A stretch of 64,000 nt of DNA, taken from NCBI GenBank assembly GCA_965661285.1, contig CBFIDD010000004.1:133788-197787 (forward strand), in the 5' to 3' direction. Position numbers and translations under genes: made by a program. Source of the DNA: Poseidonia sp. Lineage in GTDB: Archaea > Thermoplasmatota > Poseidoniia > Poseidoniales > Poseidoniaceae. Below the pieces are notes generated by a model that did no database searches, had not been told where the DNA came from, and was given only the letters and a program-made list of their open reading frames with translations. Positions 11,447-21,317 of the stretch are shown in pieces. Within the stretch, counting starts at the first letter, position 1. Every line of letters begins with the position of its first letter.

Positions 11447-13453
11447 TCACTCGTCGTCTTCGATGGGCGTATAGGTTGGAGGATAGAGATACCGTGGGTC
11501 GCGGTCTTCGTCCATCTGCACGACGTAAACGCCTGAAACCATTTCTGAGATGAAAAGATAGCCGCGCGGGTCGTATTGAAGGCCCCAGTCAAAGGGAATC
11601 ATGCACGAGGCCCAACAATCGGCCATATCGTAGCCCAGGGTTTCCTTTGGATCTTCAATCCACGTGGGCCCCGATGGGAGATAATAGCCCATGGTGATGG
11701 TTTCTGCGAATTCCTTGATGGCAGGAAAACCGACTTCGGGTGCTGGGACGCCATCAACCCAAACGGTGTCCTTCCAGATGTTGCTGTGGTCGGTCACCCA
11801 GTTGCCAGCGTGGTAGTGGGTCCAATAGACGTGACCGTTCGTGCCGGTGTCACCGTTGTGAGGGCTGTAGATGTAGCCGCCGGGAATGTAGTGGTGTTCG
11901 TGAACACTCCCGTCAGGTAGAATGCTCGTTCCTGGCAGCTTCCACTTGCTGAGCAAGAAGGGTTTGGCCGGGTCGGTCGTGTCGATGGTCCAGATGTAGC
12001 CGGTGTGGTTGGTGTTGGTGCCGTATTCAGGAGCGATCATCGTCAGATGGCGCCAATTGATGCCAAAGACGGGGTCCTCAGGGCCGGTTCCGCATTCTGC
12101 AGGCCATGTTTCAATGGGGTCGGTTTCGGCCGCTCCGTTGCACAGCAGGTGATCGTATGGAATCGCATAGTGAATCCAACCTGCACCGTTCAACGCCCCG
12201 GTGCTGCCGCCCCATTCCTCAGGAGTCATGTTGGCGTGGCCGCCACCGTCAGGGCCGTACCAGCCATCGCTATCGCTCGGGCAGCCAAGCCATCGGCCAA
12301 CTTCGTAATCTTGGGGCCATGAAATGCCTTCGGGGTCGGGAATTGGGGGTGGGTTGGACACGTCGACGATGCGCAGTCCAGCATCCCAATAGGAGATGTA
12401 GAGCAGGGCTTGTCCGGTGATGGGGTGGATGTGGAACACGTTGTCGTGGTTGAACAGGGAGCCGCCACAGGTGGTTTCCGGTTCTGGTGAATAGCCGCCC
12501 CACCGGATGATTTCGCGGCTGGTGTTTTGGTCCTCATCGTTGACATCGGGCCTCCATGATTCAAATCCAAGCGGGACATAGAACACCTGTGTTCCCTTGT
12601 AGAACACGCCCGAATCACCCTCCACCATTTCGGGATAGGGGTCCGCACCGTAGAGGAAGAGGTGGCACTCTTCTTGAGCGTAAATAAGCGGGGCATCTTC
12701 CCAATCACAATCAACGTGCAAGTCTTGGTTGTGGAAGCCCGCTGGCGGGTTGTTCCATTCGGCGACCTTGATGGGATAATTCTTGTCGGAGACATCGATG
12801 ACGTCCAGCCGGTTTGCGCCGCTGTTGGCGTCGTCGTCTTGTGGGATGGGGTCCAAATCGGAGTTGGTGAGTTCGTGATTGACGAGCACCCAGTTGTTGT
12901 CCGGGGTCACTTTGATGTCGATCATTCGGCCAACTTCAGCGTAATACGTTGAGAGAAGGGTGATGTTGTTGGGCTTGGAGATGTCCAAAATTTCGAACTG
13001 GTTGTACGACGAGACGTAAGCATAGCAGCCGCCGGTTCCGTCGGGCTTCTTCTCACAATCCTCGAGGAAATTGCCTTCGATGGAAATTTCCGAAGAGTCC
13101 CCTGGTGTGGGGCCGACGTTTTTGTATTCGGGATAGCAAGGTCTTCCGGCGACGTTGTCAAGCTCAGCCGGTGGAGCAACATTGCCGTCGCAGTTGAGGT
13201 TGTGATAGTCGATGAGCAGCATGTTTTCGGTCTGCAAACGATGGGCCATGAGGTCGCTATGGCTGTGGTTTTCATCCTCAATTTCCACCACAGGATCAAT
13301 CCATGAGGACTCGTTTGGGCCATCGTCGAGGTCCTCATCGAGGCCAACGTAGGCGATGACCGAAAGGACGCTTATTGTAAGTAAACTCACCAAGGCAACA
13401 ACAATCACTTTGTCGGTTGCATTCTCATCGCCAATCAACCGCCTTGATTGCAT
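11447..13453 (-). CDS. Membrane-anchored LVIVD-repeat (choice-of-anchor-B-like) beta-propeller protein (copy 1)
   Basis: N-terminal TM; repeats EILDISKP, DVIDVSDK, RIVDVSNP, WTIDTTDP; His motifs FHN, NHD, IHY, SPHN, HYHAG. Confidence 0.75.
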   Translation of the reverse strand: MQSRRLIGDENATDKVIVVALVSLLTISVLSVIAYVGLDEDLDDGPNESSWIDPVVEIEDENHSHSDLMAHRLQTENMLLIDYHNLNCDGNVAPPAELDNVAGRPCYPEYKNVGPTPGDSSEISIEGNFLEDCEKKPDGTGGCYAYVSSYNQFEILDISKPNNITLLSTYYAEVGRMIDIKVTPDNNWVLVNHELTNSDLDPIPQDDDANSGANRLDVIDVSDKNYPIKVAEWNNPPAGFHNQDLHVDCDWEDAPLIYAQEECHLFLYGADPYPEMVEGDSGVFYKGTQVFYVPLGFESWRPDVNDEDQNTSREIIRWGGYSPEPETTCGGSLFNHDNVFHIHPITGQALLYISYWDAGLRIVDVSNPPPIPDPEGISWPQDYEVGRWLGCPSDSDGWYGPDGGGHANMTPEEWGGSTGALNGAGWIHYAIPYDHLLCNGAAETDPIETWPAECGTGPEDPVFGINWRHLTMIAPEYGTNTNHTGYIWTIDTTDPAKPFLLSKWKLPGTSILPDGSVHEHHYIPGGYIYSPHNGDTGTNGHVYWTHYHAGNWVTDHSNIWKDTVWVDGVPAPEVGFPAIKEFAETITMGYYLPSGPTWIEDPKETLGYDMADCWASCMIPFDWGLQYDPRGYLFISEMVSGVYVVQMDEDRDPRYLYPPTYTPIEDDE

Positions 13454-13548
13454 GGTAAAGTCGTTGAAATTGTTGTATTTGAAATAGGAGGTCTATTTGC
13501 AAAAGAATGTTCATTTCATTTATGAATGCAAAAGGATTGGGTATCATC

Positions 13549-14181
13549 GTGAAAGTCTTTCCTGTTCTTTTTGGCGCCATCTTCATTTCACTTCTCTTGT
13601 CGCCGGGCATGGTTCAAGCGCATTCTGCTGACACGTTCACCGTGGTGATCAAGGAAAGCGGGTTGACGCCCAACACCTCGCAAATCACATACAACGATTC
13701 GGTGGTTTGGCACAACACGGACTCGAGGGAAAACATCACCCACAGGATTGTGTTTGATTTTGACGGCGACGGTTTGTTTAACGGCACCGATGACCGGGAT
13801 TCGGGTGATTTGGTGGCGGAATGCAACACGACTGCAACAAATAACAGCAGCGAAAATGGAACAGAGGACGAGTGTAACATCACCTTCCTCGTGTGGTTCA
13901 ACGGGACGTGGGGTGTCGGTGAATACGCGTATCAAGACATGTTGTCCGACGGAACCGTGCTCAACGGCACCATCGTCGTCATTGAAGACGTTCACGTTGA
14001 AAATTCAACCGCGCCCGCCATCGGTAGTACATTTGGTACCTTTGAAGACGATGATGAGAACACCGAACCTGAAGAAGAAAACGATGCGGATGAAACCCGC
14101 AGGTTACTCTTGCTCGTCGGCGGTGGTTCGGGACTTGGTGCCGTGTTGCTGTTGGTCATTTTGATGCGACGCTCGGGTTGA
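13549..14181 (+). CDS. Secreted, C-terminally anchored cupredoxin-like protein with predicted N-terminal His (copy 1)
   Basis: Signal peptide ending VQA|HSAD; beta-rich V.W.N.D...THRI pattern; DFDGDG loop; C-terminal TM followed by RR. GTG start inferred. Confidence 0.55.
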   Translation: MKVFPVLFGAIFISLLLSPGMVQAHSADTFTVVIKESGLTPNTSQITYNDSVVWHNTDSRENITHRIVFDFDGDGLFNGTDDRDSGDLVAECNTTATNNSSENGTEDECNITFLVWFNGTWGVGEYAYQDMLSDGTVLNGTIVVIEDVHVENSTAPAIGSTFGTFEDDDENTEPEEENDADETRRLLLLVGGGSGLGAVLLLVILMRRSG

Positions 14182-14201
14182 ACCGGCCTGACGGTCGGGG
14201 C

Positions 14202-14870
14202 TCAAAGCGTGTTCAAGTAGCGAATGTCATCCAACACCAAATCGAGGACCCAATCGTTGTCGCCCCACCACACACGCTGATGGCCAAACCGGTCGACGAG
14301 AATGGTTCCCGTTTCGTGGTTGACGGTGTAGTCATCCGGGTGATGGCGTGCTGAAGTGTTGGATGTGTTGTCGGCGTTGTTGGCATCGTATTCTTCGATG
14401 GTCAGTCCTACGCCAAAGTTGATCCAAACGTCCTGAAGTGCCTTCATGGACGGGCTCTCTGAGTCGTTGCTGGCAGAGGTCAAGTGAATCCATTCGGAAT
14501 TGGTGCTCGTCTTCCAGTCATGCAGGGTGGAGGTGTTGTCTCGCCACGGGTCAACCGTGATGGTCAGGAACGTGGTTTTGTCGAGTTCGTCCTCCGAGAG
14601 TTGGGATTTCACCCACTTCATGTTGTGGGTGACAATGGGGCAGATGTCAAGACAGTTGGTAAACAAGAACGCGATGACGAGGGTGGTGTTGGCAGCTTCT
14701 TCGGAAAGCGTCCAATTGGTTCCCTCGCTGCTCGTGAGGGTGAAATCTTTCACCTTCACGCTCTCCAGCGGCTCACCGTGGGGCGTCCAGCGGTCGATGT
14801 CGCCTGGTGAAGTGCATCCTGCCAAAAGAAGGACGGCGCACATGAACACGGTGGTCGCCCGACGTCGCAT
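14202..14870 (-). CDS. SCO1/SenC family copper chaperone, lipoprotein
   Basis: LAGC lipobox; FTNCLDICP (CxxxC); ITVDPWRD; YTVNH. Confidence 0.93.
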   Translation of the reverse strand: MRRRATTVFMCAVLLLAGCTSPGDIDRWTPHGEPLESVKVKDFTLTSSEGTNWTLSEEAANTTLVIAFLFTNCLDICPIVTHNMKWVKSQLSEDELDKTTFLTITVDPWRDNTSTLHDWKTSTNSEWIHLTSASNDSESPSMKALQDVWINFGVGLTIEEYDANNADNTSNTSARHHPDDYTVNHETGTILVDRFGHQRVWWGDNDWVLDLVLDDIRYLNTL

Positions 14871-14879
14871 GATATCGCC

Positions 14880-16658
14880 TCAAATTCGGTATGGAAGGTC
14901 AATGTCGAGTTGAACGAGGTAAAGGCCGGTCGAAATGCATGAGGCGTAGGTGATGCCGTCATGGTGCTCCACGGCCCACAAGAACGGAACCCAGCCGAAA
15001 TCGTAGAAGCTGGAGTCGAGCGGGGTGCCGTCCTCACCGTGCGGAAGGTAGTAGGCCACGGTCGCTTCTTCGTGAACGGCGATTCGGTCGTCGGGGTTGG
15101 TCGGGTCGACCAGGGTTTCGATATCAACCACCCACAGGCCCGCGTGGTAGTGGGAGATGTAGAGTCGCCCGTCCCATCCGCCACCGTGGCTCTGGTCGGT
15201 GGTTTCATCGGTTTCGAAATAGGTGCTGTCGAGGTTGTGCGGTGAAAACAAGAGCCATTCGTCCTCGTTGGGATGGGCTTCGCAGTCTGCACCATAGCAA
15301 TGATCCTCTGCGTAAGGAATTTCCCAATCACGAATCAATTTCGGTTTAAACTTGAATTGACCGTCTTCCATGGTGTATTCGGTGGTGTCAATGAGGTACA
15401 TGATGCCAACACCCACGCTGGTGCTGAGGGTTTCCACCGCAGCGGTGACCAAGTGAACGGGTTCATCGGAATAGCCAACGTGCGAGAGGTCAACCATGGT
15501 AGGGAAGGGTTCAGCATAGTGGATGTACGAGACGCGTCCACCGTTTTCGTTGCCGGTTGGCCCGCTGTCGGGTTGTCCGTCCCCGTCCAAATCAAGGAAG
15601 TCCATCCACAGCCCGACTTCCGGTGCGCGCCAGCGGCACATGATGGGGTTGCCAAATCCTGTGCGGCAGGCGGTGGCGTGAAGCGTGTACGCCTCAGGTG
15701 AGTTGGTTGGGTGAGGCACATCGGTGACATCGCCGATACGGAGGCCGGCCTCCCAATAACTTCCGTAGATGAAGGTGCGGCCGTGTCGGGGGTCGTTTGG
15801 ATCCTCACCAGGCCACGTTTGGACGGTCATGTCATGAATGTAAATCCAGCCACCCATCGTCGTTTCCCAAGCGACTTCATATTCTCCGACTTTGATAATG
15901 GTTTGACCTGAACCAACACCGGGAACACCGATGATGTTGTTTGCTGCCGAGCCTGCGAGATTGAGATGAGCGATGGTAACGCCTCCACAGGCTTCCCCAA
16001 TGGCGTCGTTGCAGTTATCGTAATCTGGATTGGCGACGAACATGTACCATTCACCGTTGATCATGTGTGTATAGAGGTTGTGAGGGCCGGTTGGATGGTC
16101 AACATCGTACCACGAGTCAATCCAAACGGGGTCCGTTTTGTCCGTCACGTCGATGAGGGTGACGCTGACTTGAGCGGGGTCGCTCCACTGGCCGATGTTC
16201 GGGTCGGAATTACCGGGATCGATGAGCTGGTTCTGTTGAATGATGTATTCGCGACCGTTATACTCGAGGTATTTGACATCGAGAACTTGTGTGTTCGGGT
16301 CGTTGTACACGCCAGTTACGGTTGTGTTCATTGGATCGGTCACGTCCACAATGTGCATATCGTTCCACCCTGCAAGGTAGGCGTAGGTCTCGCCGTCAGG
16401 GGTCGTCGCCACCTGAACCTCAGCATTGCCGGGTGTTGTGAGCGGGTTGAAATCCAAAAGCTCCATGTTATCGGTGCCGAGTTCGTGTTGACTGGCGTTC
16501 TTGTGGTCGTGACCCTCGCCCTGAATCAACGGATCGCCGGCTCGCATCGACGGATTTTCATCCACCGTTGCTTCGATGTCGTCACCGAAGACCAAAAGCG
16601 TGGCTGATGTGAGAAAAAGAAGGGTGAAAATACCCAGCAGCAACTCTTTCCCGCCCAT
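14880..16658 (-). CDS. Membrane-anchored LVIVD-repeat beta-propeller protein (copy 2)
   Basis: N-terminal TM; HIVDVTDP, TLIDVTDK, RIGDVTD, WVVDIE; GPHN, IHD, IHYAEP, SPHN, HYHAG shared with copy 1. Confidence 0.75.
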   Translation of the reverse strand: MGGKELLLGIFTLLFLTSATLLVFGDDIEATVDENPSMRAGDPLIQGEGHDHKNASQHELGTDNMELLDFNPLTTPGNAEVQVATTPDGETYAYLAGWNDMHIVDVTDPMNTTVTGVYNDPNTQVLDVKYLEYNGREYIIQQNQLIDPGNSDPNIGQWSDPAQVSVTLIDVTDKTDPVWIDSWYDVDHPTGPHNLYTHMINGEWYMFVANPDYDNCNDAIGEACGGVTIAHLNLAGSAANNIIGVPGVGSGQTIIKVGEYEVAWETTMGGWIYIHDMTVQTWPGEDPNDPRHGRTFIYGSYWEAGLRIGDVTDVPHPTNSPEAYTLHATACRTGFGNPIMCRWRAPEVGLWMDFLDLDGDGQPDSGPTGNENGGRVSYIHYAEPFPTMVDLSHVGYSDEPVHLVTAAVETLSTSVGVGIMYLIDTTEYTMEDGQFKFKPKLIRDWEIPYAEDHCYGADCEAHPNEDEWLLFSPHNLDSTYFETDETTDQSHGGGWDGRLYISHYHAGLWVVDIETLVDPTNPDDRIAVHEEATVAYYLPHGEDGTPLDSSFYDFGWVPFLWAVEHHDGITYASCISTGLYLVQLDIDLPYRI

Positions 16659-16716
16659 GGTCGGCTCAACTCAACCATCCGTTTGGTCTTTATGATTTGG
16701 TGATTGCGCATGAAGT

Positions 16717-17424
16717 ATGGGAAACTGGCTCCGCGCCCTGCTTCTCGCGGTCGTTTTCGCGGTGAGTATGTTCGTTCCCGTCACCGCCGCTCACGAGCAA
16801 AAGACGCTCACCGTCATTCTCAACGACGAAGGGGTGGTTTCAGGCAACATCACCGACCCCTCGTTCCTGCAAGGAAATGCGGTTTGGTTTCGAATGTTTG
16901 ACAACACCAACAACACGACCATGAATGTACGACTGGACGTCAATCAAGACGGTGTGTTCAACTCGTCCGATGATTTTGAGTCGGGTACGCTGGTCAGCGA
17001 ATGCGACCTTGATGAAAACGGTTCGTTGGTGGACGAAACCTGTGCTGTATCAGCGCTCTACGCGTTTGACTTCAACGCCTCGGTCGGTGCATACCAGTTT
17101 TGGGTCCACAGGAACCACAACGGTTCGGAAGTCGTTTGGAACCATTCGATCATCGTTCACAAAGATGTGCACGAAGAGGAAGGTCCCGCACCCGGTGATT
17201 GTTTTGGCATCGGGTGTGTTGAGGAGAATGCGGAGGAAGAAGACGCTACGACATCGTCGATGAACGAACGCTCTGCCATCGTCCTCCTGGCTGTGCTCTC
17301 GTTGGTAGGTATGATGGCGTTGACATTATCTCTCCTCAACGAGCAAAAGGAAGATGAAACCCCATCGTTCACGAAGGGCCCCGAACCGATTGCCATTGGA
17401 CAGTTCAAGAAGGAAGAGGAATGA
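16717..17424 (+). CDS. Secreted, C-terminally anchored cupredoxin-like protein with predicted N-terminal His (copy 2)
   Basis: Signal peptide ending TAA|HEQK; DVNQDGVFNSSDDFESGTLVSEC aligns with DFDGDGLFNGTDDRDSGDLVAEC of copy 1; C-terminal TM. Confidence 0.55.
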   Translation: MGNWLRALLLAVVFAVSMFVPVTAAHEQKTLTVILNDEGVVSGNITDPSFLQGNAVWFRMFDNTNNTTMNVRLDVNQDGVFNSSDDFESGTLVSECDLDENGSLVDETCAVSALYAFDFNASVGAYQFWVHRNHNGSEVVWNHSIIVHKDVHEEEGPAPGDCFGIGCVEENAEEEDATTSSMNERSAIVLLAVLSLVGMMALTLSLLNEQKEDETPSFTKGPEPIAIGQFKKEEE

Positions 17425-18140
17425 GTGGTGACCGGCCAACCTGGCCAATGACCTGGCCTTGGAATGATGGAAAAGGAAGCCGAATGCATTGGCGAGATAT
17501 TCTGAATTCACGCCGCTTCTCGGTCAGCTATCTGCTGATTATCGCACTGTTGTTTGCAATGTTCGGCCTCGGGTCTCGTCATTGTCCGGTGCCATCTGAT
17601 ACAATCATTTGCGATTTCGTCATGCGGCCTTACACCCTGTTTGAAGCACCTCACATTTTCGTGATCACGCTATTCTCCTCGTTTTGGTTCCACAACAACC
17701 CAGATCACATCCTCTTGGTGACCGCTTTGATTGTCGTTTTCCTGCAGACTGCAGAAATCCGAATCGGGGCAAAGCGAGCAATGATGGCGATGTTCAGTAT
17801 ACACGCTCTGGTTGTCGTGATGATGACGCTGTACCTCTACATGGGCAATTACCTCAATCCAGAGGTTGATTGGTACGAATTTGGACTCCGGGGTCGAAAT
17901 TACATGGGCGGTTCAGTCGGTCTCTTTGGAGTCGGCGGCGTTTTGTTTTCACAGATCAAACGTCCAGTTCCGGGCGCCCTGTTCTATTTTGGTTTTGAAT
18001 TCTGGAACGCTCACATCTACGAAGGTGCGGCGCTGTATGTCAGTATGGGGCATGTCGCCGCTTTCGCGCTCGGGTTCATACTTGGACGATATTGGTTGCA
18101 CCAAGACCGAAAACAATCTGAGGCGGCTGAATTAAACTGA
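17421..18140 (+). CDS. Rhomboid-like intramembrane serine protease
   Basis: H..PDHI, YMGGSVG (GxS motif) and GHVAAFALG; multiple TM helices; ATGA overlap with the upstream gene. Confidence 0.65.
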   Translation: MSGDRPTWPMTWPWNDGKGSRMHWRDILNSRRFSVSYLLIIALLFAMFGLGSRHCPVPSDTIICDFVMRPYTLFEAPHIFVITLFSSFWFHNNPDHILLVTALIVVFLQTAEIRIGAKRAMMAMFSIHALVVVMMTLYLYMGNYLNPEVDWYEFGLRGRNYMGGSVGLFGVGGVLFSQIKRPVPGALFYFGFEFWNAHIYEGAALYVSMGHVAAFALGFILGRYWLHQDRKQSEAAELN

Positions 18141-18467
18141 GACAAATCTTTCCTGCATCGAAGACCCACCTCATGTGATGTGGGTTGGCGGGTCGAGGTC
18201 AACCTTTGCGGCCAATTTGGGGCCAAGCGGCACGATCAATTGCAACGCAACGAAAGGAAGATGCGTTAGCCTTCGATCAGCGGACATTTGGTGTCGTCAA
18301 TCACCTCGATGAAATGATTTGAAAAGAAGGATTGACGCTGACGAAGTTTGAACTTGAGTTGGTTTCGCTTTGACATGTTCTCATGGTTACATTGGCCCTG
18401 TTCCCTCATCAAAGAATCGGTCCAAGCAAGGGCAGACCTTGAGAAGGTGAACCTTCACGGCAGAACA

Positions 18468-20228
18468 ATGGGGCAACGCTTTGGTCAAGCCTGTTTTCTC
18501 GTCCTCTTGATGCTCCTGACGCCGCTTTCTGGCTGTTTTGGACAACAAGACGGAGAGGGGTTGGAATCCACCGAAGATGTGGTCATCACGCCACCCGTCC
18601 TCACCGGCGGCGTCTTCCAGGGCATGACCATCGCCGCCAAGGTCGACATGGCCGTCTATGTTCCGTACTTGATGCTTAATTCCGACAACGGATTCGTCCA
18701 GAATTCCACCGTCATTGACTTGCGGGCCGGTGAATCGGCGATGTTGACGGTGTTGGCACCGCCCCGCACGGACACGGCTGTGGTCATGCTCGGAGAATAC
18801 GGACGAGAACACTGGCCGGTTCGAACCCTTGAGGAATCCTGGCGAACGTGGATTCAACGAGATGGAAACGAACAAACCGACAACCCGGGTATCCAGCGCA
18901 TAGCATCCGTGAACGGCACGCTCGATACCGTGTTGCCCGCCAATAAGAGTGGGGGCGCAGTGTTGGCTCTCCGCATCCCGATTGAACGACCGATGGCTCC
19001 AGCGTACGCTGAGGCAGACGGAGGACGCCACTCGACGGGTGTGGTGAATGGACGAACGACGTTCAATTTCCTCTCCTCGCTTTCCGACACCACGTCTGAC
19101 CCAACCGACGTCGTTGACGGAGCATTGGGCTATCTTGACCGCTGGGCCGGCCAAGGCAACGCTGCCTACGAAGATGCAGCGCTTCATTTGATTCAGACCA
19201 TGGAAAACTTCGGTCTTGAGGTGATCACACAACGCTTCACCTACGATTCGCTCATGACGGGTGCACAGAATCCCGAGGCGTACAATATCTGCGGATATCG
19301 CTACGGTGAAATTGACCCGAACAAGTGGATGGTGTTTGGAGCCCACTTCGACATCGCCCCGCCCGTAAACGGCGCAGTGCTTGACCCGCACATGTTTGGA
19401 AGAACCTACGGTACTCGCGTGGGCGCCTACGACAACACTGCGGGCACCAGCATGGTGCTGACCGTGGCCGAAGCCATGGCGAACTACAAAACGCGCAACA
19501 CCATGGTGTTCTGTCTGTGGTCGGGTGAAGAAGGTGGAAAGCGAGGCAGTGATTTCTGGACTGATGAATGGGTGAAGAACGAAAACCCGGAAGTCGAAGT
19601 TACGAATTACGTGAATCTCGACATGGCTGGCGTCAACTGGCCCGGCGGCGGTGGCGCACCCTGCGGTGGAAATCATGGTCCTGAAGGTGGATGCGACCCA
19701 CAACCTGAGGTCGACCCTGACGGTTATCCAAAAGACGAGGAGGTGTGGCCCATGCGCGTTTACATTGGACCGAGCCTCGATCACGACATCATGAACCAGC
19801 CCGGCATGGTCGGTTTGGCCATGTGGATTGGATCGGACGCCATCGGCGTCGAGGAACAAATGTCGATGCTCATCGGTACGGATCATCCTGCGGACACATG
19901 GAAAGTCGACGATTGGATGGCGAAAGACCGACCTGAAATCATCGTGTACGAAGACACCACGGCACGGTCAGACCATGCCACATTCCAAGACAACCTCGGT
20001 ACGGTCACCATGGGCTTTGGCGGTCTGGTGGACGGTTATTGGTGCTACCACCAAACCTGCGATACGCTTGACGAAATGATTGACTGGATGGACACCACAG
20101 GCAAGGATTACGGTGAGGAGCAGTCGGGTACGAGCAACCTCGTTGATGCGCTTGATACCATCACGTGGTGGGCGACATACTCCTTCTTCCACTTGGATGA
20201 GAACCCGGTTCGAAACGCTTACTTGTGA
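18468..20228 (+). CDS. M28 family metallopeptidase, lipoprotein (copy 2)
   Basis: LSGC lipobox; GAHFDIAPPV, GAYDNTAG, GEEGG, NLDMAGVN, RSDH; colinear with copy 1. Confidence 0.88.
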   Translation: MGQRFGQACFLVLLMLLTPLSGCFGQQDGEGLESTEDVVITPPVLTGGVFQGMTIAAKVDMAVYVPYLMLNSDNGFVQNSTVIDLRAGESAMLTVLAPPRTDTAVVMLGEYGREHWPVRTLEESWRTWIQRDGNEQTDNPGIQRIASVNGTLDTVLPANKSGGAVLALRIPIERPMAPAYAEADGGRHSTGVVNGRTTFNFLSSLSDTTSDPTDVVDGALGYLDRWAGQGNAAYEDAALHLIQTMENFGLEVITQRFTYDSLMTGAQNPEAYNICGYRYGEIDPNKWMVFGAHFDIAPPVNGAVLDPHMFGRTYGTRVGAYDNTAGTSMVLTVAEAMANYKTRNTMVFCLWSGEEGGKRGSDFWTDEWVKNENPEVEVTNYVNLDMAGVNWPGGGGAPCGGNHGPEGGCDPQPEVDPDGYPKDEEVWPMRVYIGPSLDHDIMNQPGMVGLAMWIGSDAIGVEEQMSMLIGTDHPADTWKVDDWMAKDRPEIIVYEDTTARSDHATFQDNLGTVTMGFGGLVDGYWCYHQTCDTLDEMIDWMDTTGKDYGEEQSGTSNLVDALDTITWWATYSFFHLDENPVRNAYL

Positions 20229-20268
20229 ACGAGGTCTTGAAGGCGTCGAAAAGGGAAGAATTCCCCGC

Positions 20269-21234
20269 TCATCGAATGAGCCCAGAGAGCGGTTCAGCCA
20301 CCGCCGCTAGCAGCGCTGATGGGGACCAGAAACCGGTGAACATGGTGAAGACAGGGATGGCAAAAATTAGCAACACGGCGAAGAACGCCTGCTCGTTCCA
20401 ATCCTTCACCTTCAGGCCGTCGAGCGGACCAAACGGAAGCATGTTGAACAAACCGAGAAGGAGGTTCGCAGAGAGCCAAAAATAGCCGGCGTCGGCCAGC
20501 ATGGCCTGCCATACCAGTGCTCCATCAACGAGGTAAATGCGTTCGAAGACGTCTCTGCTGCTCAAAGCCAGGTAATCGTGTGCCCCCGTCAATCCGAGAA
20601 TGAGACCCCAAATCGGTACACCGACGAGAAAGAGGCCAAGATTGGTGAGAGGGCCAGCGACGGCGATGTGGCCGTTCTGACGGCGTGTGACGAGGCCGGC
20701 CACCATCACGGCCCCGGGTGCCATAAAGAGAAATCCAAGGAAAAAGGAAATGGCGATGCCCAACTGCAATCCCTTTGGATCTGCTCGAAATTCCGCCCAG
20801 CATCCGTTTTTCTTGGCCACGAGTTTATGCCCAATTTCGTGAAAAAGAAAGGCGGGGCCGATGGCGATGAACATGACCGGCATGGCCAGCAGGAGTTTTA
20901 CCGCCCAGGTTGAAAGTCCGAAATAGGAAATGCCGCTTAAGCCACGGGCGGCCATGAACCCAAGGGCGAGCGTGAAAGCGGCCATGGCAAGGCGAAGGTG
21001 CTGTTTTTCGGTGTCGCTGAAATGCCACAACTTCCCCGTGTGATGCTTTGGTTGTTCCCAGTTGCCACGCCCAAGAAACTGAAGCATAGCGTCACCCAGC
21101 GGGGAAGAGGTTTCGAAATGGAGGGCCCCCTCGTTGTCCACGCGTTGATGGATTCGGTGAATTCGGGGCCTACTACGTTGATTTCGAAACGGGTCGTTCT
21201 CCAAAATATCGGCGCGACGGTCCCGATTCCCCAT
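20269..21234 (-). CDS. M50 family (site-2) membrane metalloprotease
   Basis: HEIGH, AGPLTN and FNMLPFGPLDG motifs. Confidence 0.92.
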   Translation of the reverse strand: MGNRDRRADILENDPFRNQRSRPRIHRIHQRVDNEGALHFETSSPLGDAMLQFLGRGNWEQPKHHTGKLWHFSDTEKQHLRLAMAAFTLALGFMAARGLSGISYFGLSTWAVKLLLAMPVMFIAIGPAFLFHEIGHKLVAKKNGCWAEFRADPKGLQLGIAISFFLGFLFMAPGAVMVAGLVTRRQNGHIAVAGPLTNLGLFLVGVPIWGLILGLTGAHDYLALSSRDVFERIYLVDGALVWQAMLADAGYFWLSANLLLGLFNMLPFGPLDGLKVKDWNEQAFFAVLLIFAIPVFTMFTGFWSPSALLAAVAEPLSGLIR

Positions 21235-21317
21235 GGTCGTTGCAGACCTCGGCTCACTTTGAATCCTCGTGTCCAAGGCTTCTTGACCTTGCCACCAATG
21301 CAACACCGGGTCTCACG

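Noticed and set aside
18387-19886. 499-aa minus-strand ORF, and similar long ORFs at 7180-8307, 34571-35599 and 61514-62923
   Set aside because: These lie antisense to well-supported genes, have no motifs, and are expected from GC-rich codon bias.
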